Source: Antechinus flavipes (Eukaryota). From it: DNA of 64,000 bases. Shown in pieces: positions 49,330 to 64,000 of the stretch. Where the stretch lies: NCBI RefSeq assembly GCF_016432865.1, contig NC_067400.1, forward strand, positions 624,588,001-624,652,000. Reading direction: 5' to 3'. The notes beneath the pieces were generated by a model. The model worked only from the letters and a program-made list of their open reading frames with translations, had not been told where the DNA came from and did not search any database. Made by a program: the position numbers and the translations under genes. How positions within the stretch are numbered: the stretch's first letter is position 1; the number at the start of each line of letters is the position of its first letter.

Positions 49330-50400
49330 GAACTTTGGACATATTGAATTTCAAATATCTACCACATCTCCCAGTTCTATATATCTGAAGAGCAACTGGA
49401 GATGGGAGATTAGAGGCAGATATTGGGGCAGAAAAGTCAGATTTGAGAATGGGAACTGATGATAATCAGTAAGGGCAGTAACATAGAGGAAGAGGAAAAG
49501 ACAGAATCCCAAGGAACATCTATGGATAGAGGGTGTGATCAGGAGGAGGAGCCAACAAAAGGGACAGAGAAGGAGGGGTCAAAGGGTAAGGGAACCAAAA
49601 TGGAACGGAGTCTTGAAAACCTGGAGAGTCGACCCAGTGTCAAAAACTGCAGAAGTTAAAGAGAATGGGGGAGGAGAAAGGCCATTGGATTTGGTAGCTA
49701 AGAGATCACTAGTAACTTTGAAGAGAGCAGCCCAGGGGAATAAGTCTAACCACAAGGGGTTAAGAAGAGAGGAGAGGAAGTGGAGGCGCCCAGTGTAGAC
49801 AGCCTTGTCAGGAAGGTGAGCTACAAAGGGCAGAAAAAAATGATGGATGAGAATCAGCAGGGATGAAACAAGTGATCGGGAGAGGAGAGACATGACAATG
49901 TTTATAGGCAGTAGGAAACGAGCCAACGGAGATGAAAAATCACGGAAAATAGAAACAGAAAGGACAATATGTTGGAGGAAATGGGTTGGAATGAGGTTAG
50001 TTGGAAAAGAAGAAGGGTTAGCCTTGCTATGGAAAAGGCCACATCATCATTTGAGACTATGGCGGGGGAAGAGAGAGTGGAAGAAGGCTCCTGCGTGAGA
50101 GGAGGTGAGAAGGGAGAAGAGGGAGCTCATGGTGAATGACCTTCCTGGGGCAGGCAAATTATCACCAAGGGTGGGAGAGCCAAGGCTGAAACTTGTCTGG
50201 GTATAATTGGTGATATGAAAGGCAAAGCATTGGAGAGGACAGTGTAGACTTGAACTGGTTCATCAAGGGGAGAAAATGGGAGTGGCTAGAGGAGGCAAGA
50301 TGGCCTAGCAGGGTCAAGGGATGGAGGTGATGATGCAAGAATAAGTCATGTAAAGAAAGGCAGAGTGAGAGGTGGACTCGCCCATTGGATACAAATGGCT
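49330..50400 (-). mobile_element. L2 LINE relic (reverse transcriptase region)
   Basis: Minus-strand translation AALFKVTSDLLATKSNGL...SAVFDT resembles L2 RT motifs (KVTNDLL...SAAFDT); multiple stops. Confidence 0.75.
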
Positions 50401-50599
50401 CCGGAGCGGGAAGGGAGGCAGGGGACCTCGCATAGCTCCCCCACCCCAAACCCAACTCACTCAAATGCCACGGCCCCCTTGGAGAACGGAGGACAAACCA
50501 TCACAAAAACCATAGTGAAGGGGCTATCATCCTGCTGGGTTCCCACGCCGGCAAAATCCTTGACCCCCTCCCCGACCTTCCTCGCCCCCGTTGTCATTT

Positions 50600-56187
<5,588 letters not shown>

Positions 56188-56203
56188 CGTTGCCCCCCGC
56201 CCC

Positions 56204-56328
56204 AATAAAGCTTCCTTCCCCCGGCCTCGGGCCGGGCGCACTCGGACCGCGTGTCGGCCTGCTCTCTGGGAGACGTCCCGCGGGGGGAGGGGCAGCAGTC
56301 GGGAGGTGCCGTGAAAATAGCTTTTATT
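56204..56328. terminator. Convergent polyadenylation signals of MED25 (+, 56204-56209) and PNKP (-, 56328-56323)
   Basis: AATAAA 16 nt after the MED25 stop; TTTATT 23 nt beyond the PNKP stop. Confidence 0.85.
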
Positions 56329-56351
56329 GGGGAGGGGGCGGGGGCGGGGCC

Positions 56352-59160
56352 TCAGCCCTCGGAGAACTGGCGGTAGAGGGCCTCGTGCTGGGGGTCGGAG
56401 AAGCGGGGGCGGAAGGGGATCTCCAGAATCTGCGAGAAGCCCTCGGCCAGGGAGGGCGCCACGAACTGCTTCCTGCAGGGGAGGTTTGGGGTCAGGGGGC
56501 GCCGAGGCTTCCCCGCGGCCCCCTCGGCCCCCACTCACCTGTAGCTGAACATGACCATGTCCGACACTGCCGGGTGCGGGGACCCCGTCATCTCTCGGAA
56601 CTGGGGGGAGAAGTCACAGGGTCACGAGGTCAGGTCGGGGGGGAGGCCGGGGTCCCGCCCGCAGGTCCCCGCCCCTCCTCACCCGGTTGTTGTGTCGGGC
56701 CAGGTCCAGCGAAGCCGAGAAGTGGAAGCATCTGCAGGGGACCCCGGCCTCCTTGGCACACGAGATATACCTGGCAGGACGGTGGGGGGTGAGGGCTCCT
56801 GCGCCCCCCCTTCTGCCCCCCAACTCCTTACCCCCCCTCGCTACCTGGCCCGGCTGGCGGGGTCGGGGTTGGTGTTGTCCACCACGGCGCGGCCCCCGGC
56901 CTTGAGGGCCTCGGTGCACACGGCCACGCATTTCTGCCAAGAGCCCAGCGTGTCCTAGGGAAGCAGGGAGAGGCCTGAGCCGGGGCCACGCCCACTTGGC
57001 GGCTGGCGCGCGCCCGGCCCCCCACGTACCCGGTTTGCGTAGACGTAGCCTGCCGCCACCAGGTGTTCCTGGAGAAACGTGGACTTCCCGGCTGTGGGGG
57101 GGATGGGCGGAGAAGTCAGGGGGGCGCGTCTGGGGAAGGGGGCGGGGGGGACAGGAGTCAAAGGCCGCCTCACCTGCGGGGAAACCGACGGCGACGACGA
57201 TCTCGGGGCCGGGGCCCACGAGAGGCCCAGCGGGGGGCAGGCACAGCGGCCCCGTGGGGCTCAGACTTCTCTGCGGGAAATCGGGGGGAGGGATGAGGCC
57301 GGGCCCCCAAGAGGCGGGCCATCTCCCACCCAGAGCCCCCCCAAACCTCACCGGGTCAAAGTCTGGGAGGGTGAAGCGGGACGGGGTCCAGTCCAAGAAA
57401 AACTCTTCCGGAGTCAAGAACCGCAGGCCGAGGTTCAGAGCAAACTGAGGGGGACAGGGAGGTCAGTGCGCAGGCCCCCCCAGCCGGAGGCGGGGGCAGG
57501 GGCAGCAAGCCTTACCAGCCGGTCCCCACAAGAGAAGTCCTTCTTGCGGCCCGGAGCCCAGTTGGCCGGCCGGCCGGCGGCGTCTGAAAAGGAAGCGGCG
57601 TCAGTGCCCGGCCCTGCCTCGCGCCCGGCGTGCCCCCCAGGGCTCCCGACCTTACCTCCCACGTAGAAGCTGTCAGCCACGGAGACGGGGACCCCCTCGT
57701 TGGCCTGAGAGAGAGAGAGCAGGAAGAGGCTGGGGGCGGTGGCAAGGGGCCAGGACCCCCGTGATGGGGCCGGCCCGCTCCACCCTCCGGCCCCACAGGC
57801 AGCCCCGGGCACCTGCTGGCACATGTGCTCCCACATGCCCGTCGCCGGCTTCCGGTAAACGCCCGAGCCCGTGGCCACCAGCACCTGGGGGGGAAGAGAG
57901 GCGCGTGGGCTGGTGTGGAGGCCCCGGCCGCCCCCGGCCCCTCTGCCTGACACCCACCTGGAAAGGGGCCCCCAGGGCCTCCAGGACGGTCTCCATCTTG
58001 CTCTGGAACACCTGGGGCTGGAGCCGCCCTCGCCCGATGCCCATTTGGTTGGTGAAGACGACAAGCTGCAGAGGAAGGCGAGCGGGGGTCGTCGCCAGGG
58101 CCCCGGCCCGGCCCCCAGGCCCCCCCACGCCTCCCACCGGGTACCTTGTAACCATCAGCCTCCAGCTCCTGAAGCCGCTTTGGGATCCCCGGGAACAGGA
58201 TCCTGGTGGAAAGAAAAGGGAGGAAATGCCCCGGGGAGGCTCCCCCCTGCCCGGGCCCCCCAGACCCAGCTGTCCTACCTCCAGTCCTCGGGGCTGGTGG
58301 GGAAGACCTTGCCCGAGCGGGTGGTGATGAGGGTCCCGTCCAGATCGAAGGCGGCCACCTGGAGGGCACGGGCACCTCGGGTCAGACGTGCTGGGGCGCG
58401 GACAGAGGGTCCCCGAGACCCGTGGGGCAGGGGCTCACCTTCTCTCGGGCCCGGACCCCTGGGGCCGTGAACACTAGCAAGGGTCCGAGCTTCTGCCAGC
58501 CTTCGGGGCCTCGGGGCCGCTTCTTGCGGGGCTCTGATGGGGTTTCCTGGGGCGGGCTGGGCTGGGGGGGCTCCGAGGTCCTGAGCAGGGTCAGCGGGTG
58601 CTGACCATTCACCAGCAGCAGCGTCTCCCCGACAGCCAGCTGGGCCTGGGAGCCGGGGCTCAGCCTGGTGCTCCCCGCAGTGGAGGGGTTCGTGCCCCGC
58701 TGGGTGCAGAGGGGGTCCCTTAAAGTCAGGCCCGCCCTCCACTGATGGGAGGGGCTCCCGATGGTCAGGCCCCACCCCCATTTTGCTGGGGGGGGCTGAG
58801 GATTCCGAAGGCAGGACCCGCCCCCCACTGCTGCCAACCTGCCAGGGGGAGACCCAGTGATCCGTCCCTCTACCCTCCGACGCCGTTACCTGCGTCACCA
58901 TCACGACTTCAGACGTGGGGTCCACGCACACTTCCACTGTGGTGGGGAGGGGAAGATAAGGTCCCGCCCGCGTGGTGCCTGGGCCACGCCCCACCCCCAT
59001 CCCCGCCCTTCCCACCTTGGTTGCGCGAGCACTTCCGATCGGTGACACGAGTCAGTGGACCCCGACCCAACACGAGACTGCGGCCCGCGGGGGGCAAAGG
59101 GATGGGGGGCGGCCCTCCAGGCGGGCTGTGCAGCCACAGGGTGGGCTCCGGCGTAGCCAT
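56352..59160 (-). CDS. PNKP: Polynucleotide kinase 3'-phosphatase (FHA, HAD phosphatase, kinase), 16 coding exons, 506 aa
   Basis: FHA motif [21 protein letters not shown] motif FDLDGTLI, P-loop GFPAAGKST, C-terminus LYRQFSEG*. Exons: 59160-59016, 58936-58890, 58699-58439, 58358-58279, 58202-58145, 58065-57958, 57884-57813, 57704-57656, 57583-57516, 57444-57352, 57270-57174, 57091-57030, 56954-56845, 56770-56683, 56600-56539, 56472-56352. Sum 1521 nt. Confidence 0.97.
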
Positions 59161-59360
59161 ACCCACTTCCCCCGAGTTATACCGGCGCCGGAACCACTGC
59201 CGGAAGTCCCGCCTGCCCAGCCAGAGCGGCCCGGAAGAGGCTCGTTTCAATTCGACCCGCCCCCCCTTTCCTTTGGCGAGTGAGGCCGCACCCACTCCTG
59301 GTCCCTTCCCCCCAACCAGCCCTTTCCCCAAGAGTCAAGGCTACTGTTAACGTCAAACTC

Positions 59361-59366
59361 TTTATT
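59361..59366 (-). terminator. AKT1S1 polyadenylation signal
   Basis: TTTATT on + strand, the only hexamer I found between the AKT1S1 stop (60068) and the PNKP ATG (59160). Confidence 0.7.
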
Positions 59367-60067
59367 CGCAGGCGTTCCCCCTGCCCGTTCCCACCCTCAT
59401 ACGGGCGGGCGGTGCCCTTTAAGGCACGTGTAGGAATGAAGGCTTAGCAAGCCCCCGAGCGAGGGGGTGGCTGAACAGCTAAACCCTTCCCAGGAACAGG
59501 CCAATGGGGGAGTGGGTAGCGTCATCGGATATGCAATCGGGCCATCCCTGAGGTGGCGGGACCGGGACAGGGAGGCTGTAGTGTTAAGTAGGGGCTTCCC
59601 CGTAGTACGGTCTTTTTTCCCCCGTAAAGAGGAGCCACCGGCAGTTCAGGCGTTGATTGGATCCTCCCAAAAGGAAGAGGAAGGACCGAAAGATCTAAGG
59701 CTGCGATTGGCCCAGGAAAACACCTAGGCCAAGCGAGGAGCTGATTGGATGCCCCCACACCCTCTCTCCTAAAAGAATGCTCCAAGAAGGGAGCCTGGGA
59801 TTGGCCAGGGCCTGTCGAGGAGCGGAATTGAGGAAATTCCGGGAGCTGATTGGATGCTTCCATTAGCCTCCCCAACACAGGGAGAAGAGCCAGAAAAAAA
59901 CGGATTCCGGGAGGGAGGGGCAGCGAACGGATCCAGGATTGGCCAGACCTGGGCGTACCGGGGGCGGTGCCAAAGGGCAGAGCCCGCCCGGCGCAAGGTC
60001 GAGGTGTGGGGAAGAGGGAGGAAAGAAGGGTAGAGGGGGAGGGGCGGCGCTGGCAGCCCCCCTCCCC

Positions 60068-61244
<1,177 letters not shown>

Positions 61245-61399
61245 CCACGCCCTGGGGGAAGATAAGGGGTGACCAGAATAGAACCCGTGGGGGCCGGTCT
61301 GGCACTTGGGAACCTCCCTCGACATACAAACACCTTAACAAAGAAGCAAGGGGACTGTTAAAGCCCGGAGGGGCCGTTGGGTCCAATGAGCTCTAACAG

Positions 61400-62932
61400 A
61401 AAAGGCTCCGAAGGCCCAGAGGGGCCCCTGGCGGGGCTGTTACCCTGTCACTAGCGAGGCGCCGACAAGTCCCCGGGCGAGGCAGCCACGGGGGCAGCGG
61501 TACGAGGCTAGAAGCTCTAGGGCCGTTGTCATCGCATGCCTGAGGGCAGCACTTTGGGGGCAGAGAGGTAATCCGGGAAGAGGGGAAAAGCGATAGACTC
61601 TGCAACTGCATCCGGGGTTCCCCTAAGAGAGGACCCCCTGCGCACCTGCCACAAGCTCCCCCAGTTTGGCCATGGAGCAGTTGTTCAGCTCCGCCCTACA
61701 CGTGGGAAAACAGGAAGTCCAGCCCTTTTGTAGGCGGAGCAGGGAGTCCCGAGGTAACACGGGCAGCCCAACCAGGTCTGGAGAGGAAAGAGCCAATCAT
61801 TCTCCCCCCGACTCCTAAAGAAGCAAAAGGGATGTCCCGCCTCCCGGGGCGGAGAAAGGCTAATGTCGACCGCAGCCTTTGGGAGGAGAAAAGGCTAAGC
61901 CGGAAGTTCCGCCCTTGCGTGGGAGGGGGGAACCCCATTAGCCGGACCCCCAACCCCCCCACTATTATCCTGGTACAGAGTACAGGCTTGGCTCTGGGGA
62001 GGTTCTGGGGCGAGCGCGGGATCTAGGCCCCACCCCCCCTCGCGAGGCTGTCTGCACCCTCCGCTCGCTTACCTCGGCCGGGCTCCCGTCTCCCTGCCTC
62101 CCTCCCCTCCAGCCTTCGTTCCTCCCCAGGAGTCCGCGCCGCCGCTGCTCACGTGCCTGCGGCCAGCATGGCGGGCCTGACGCCCTCACAAGGCATGGCG
62201 GCTTCGGCGTCACTTCCGCCCGGCGCCAGCCTCTCCGATGACGCTCTGCATTCTACCCTCGTTCTGCAAGGAGGTTCCCACCCGGCTTGCCCTCAACCAT
62301 CATGGCGGCCCCCGGCTTCACGCCCCGCCCCTGCCCGATATCCATGGCGTTTCCGTCACAGACATTCTCGCTGAGGACGACCGCTCCGCCCTAGGCCCGC
62401 GAGCACGGTCGGGTACAATCACGTTCTCGCTCTGGGGACCCGCAACGCCGCGGCCGCTGCCTTTCTCTGGGTGACTACCGCTGTTTCCCTTTCTCCCCCC
62501 GCTTCCTGGCATGGAAGTGGTGTGCCCCGCACTAACATGGCCCTCACAGCGCAGCGCAGCGCAGCTCAGCTCGCTTCCTAGAACGACGGCAGCACGGCTA
62601 CGACAGCCCTAAAAATCGGGGTGGAAAAGGCGGGGCACGCACAGAGAAAAAGCTTGGCAACTCCACTTTGTTTACTTCTTTCTGGGAGCCCACGTGACGC
62701 GCCAGCGCCCAGCCCACTCCCGGCCCCGCCCTCCATAGCGTCTGCGCAGAGCGTCTGGGTCCCTCTCCTCCTCTTCCTCCTCGATTATTGGTTTGATCCA
62801 CTGGTGGATGAGGGAAAGAAGCGGGCCATTTTACTCCGCTGGAGGGGAGGTCCTCCTCGCCGGATGTGACGTTAGAGTTTATCTTCGGAGGTGGCGCGAG
62901 CTCGGGGAGTGGCCTCGGCCCCAGCTGCAACT
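61400..62932. promoter_or_regulatory. Bidirectional CpG-island promoter shared by AKT1S1 and TBC1D17
   Basis: CpG-dense interval between divergent genes; ETS motif CCGGAAGT at ~61900, CACGTGAC E-box at ~62691, GC boxes. Confidence 0.75.
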
Positions 62933-63593
62933 ATGGAGGAGGCTGGCTACCGGGTAAGTGTTGACGGAGAACCTAAGCGGCCTTCGGCCTAACCCTTCCC
63001 TTCCTCCTTTCGGAATCTGGATCCTGCCCTTCTCTGACCCTTTCTCACTACTTTCCTGGCTCCCGATCTCTTAGCTCATGCGATTCCCTCGGGCCCGAAA
63101 CCTGGGTAAAGTGCGTCCACTTCTCTGTTTTTTTGGGCGCATGCGCTTCCACTCAGGTACCACTTTCTGGCGGAACCGCTTCCTCGCCCCTGGCTGTGCG
63201 CATGCGGGCCTCTGGTCCCCGGGTGCTCGCCTTTCCCCCTCCCTCCCTCCGCCCCACCCATCCCGGTTTCTGTGCCCCGACGCTAGAGTCCTGAGCTCCA
63301 CCTCCGCCCGTAGGTAGTGTTCGAGAAGGGCGGGGTGTTCCTGCACACGAGCGCCAGGGGGCGGCACCAGGACCCGGGCTCCCTCATCGCCGGCGTGCTG
63401 CGCCTGCTCGAGAAAGTGAGTCCCAGGAGGTGGGCGTGGCTTCGGTCATGGGGGTGGGCTCTGGGCGGGACGGGGGCGACCCGATCCTTGGTCTCTTCTT
63501 GTCCTTCCACCGCTCCAGGACAACGACGTCATCCTGCACTGGGCCCCCGTGGAAGAGGCCGGAGACTCCTCCCACGTGGTCTTCTCCAGGAAG
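62933..63593 (+). CDS. TBC1D17: TBC1 domain family member 17, first three coding exons (gene continues past the window)
   Basis: MEEAGYR | VVFEKGGVFLHTSARGRHQDPGSLIAGVLRLLEK | DNDVILHWAPVEEAGDSSHVVFSRK; exons 62933-62953, 63314-63415, 63519-63593 with GT-AG sites; head-to-head with AKT1S1 as in human. Confidence 0.95.
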
Positions 63594-64000
63594 GTGGGCC
63601 CCTCCCCCTTGCCCACGATGTGTATTGCCCCCACGTTTCCTGGGGCGGGCTTAGGTCCTGTCATCCCAGGCCGAGTCCCAGGGCTTCCGCTCTCAGCTCC
63701 TCCCGTCTCTGAGGTGCCTTTAAGGTCATCCCCGAGCCTGAGTCCTTCCCACTCCAGAGCACGCGTTGGGGTCCCCCAGCCCGGGACGGACGCGATCTCC
63801 ACTTTCCCGGCGGTTAGGGCTCCCTTGTAGACTTAGCTCTTTCTGTCTCGGGACAGAAATTGGGGGTTCTCATGCCCAGAATCCACATAGTCCCCTGCAT
63901 TCAGATCTCCCGTTTCCCCAGGGCCCGTTTTGGGGTTTCTCTGTGGACTTAGGTCCCTTGTGTTTCACGGCACATTTGGGTCTCATGTTTAGGACCCCAC

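Noticed and set aside
59161-59331. 57-aa in-frame upstream extension of PNKP in the ORF track
   Set aside because: It begins at a non-ATG codon and overlaps ETS motifs and the AKT1S1 3' end; the ATG at 59160 aligns with the known N-terminus.

Overview
This is eukaryotic genomic DNA from a marsupial, judged from WSINE1-type SINEs, marsupial-type L1 3' ends and MIR/L2 relics. It is syntenic with human 19q13.33. I traced seven genes exon by exon, and for each complete gene the exon lengths sum to an open frame: TSKS (-), AP2A1 (+), FUZ (-), MED25 (+), PNKP (-), AKT1S1/PRAS40 (-), and the first three coding exons of TBC1D17 (+, runs off the window). The genes are very GC-rich with tiny introns and very short 3' UTRs. 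A ~25 kb AT-rich, transposon-dense block separates TSKS from AP2A1. I see no wholly new gene system. The most notable points are: (1) PTOV1 is absent, with only 164 bp between the MED25 and PNKP stop codons; (2) a ~980-bp tandem duplication in which one copy carries a young L1 and the other keeps the empty target site; (3) two same-family solo LTRs nested in an older two-LTR element whose LTRs differ strongly in CpG content; (4) a cluster of CCAAT boxes in the AKT1S1 3' UTR that may drive PNKP; (5) an apparently missing AKT1S1 intron; (6) an AT-AC minor-spliceosome intron and the 66-nt alternative exon in AP2A1; (7) several G-rich minisatellites; (8) two stretches I could not identify (0.7-3.3 kb and 30.8-33 kb). 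Comparisons with human genes are from memory and need database confirmation.
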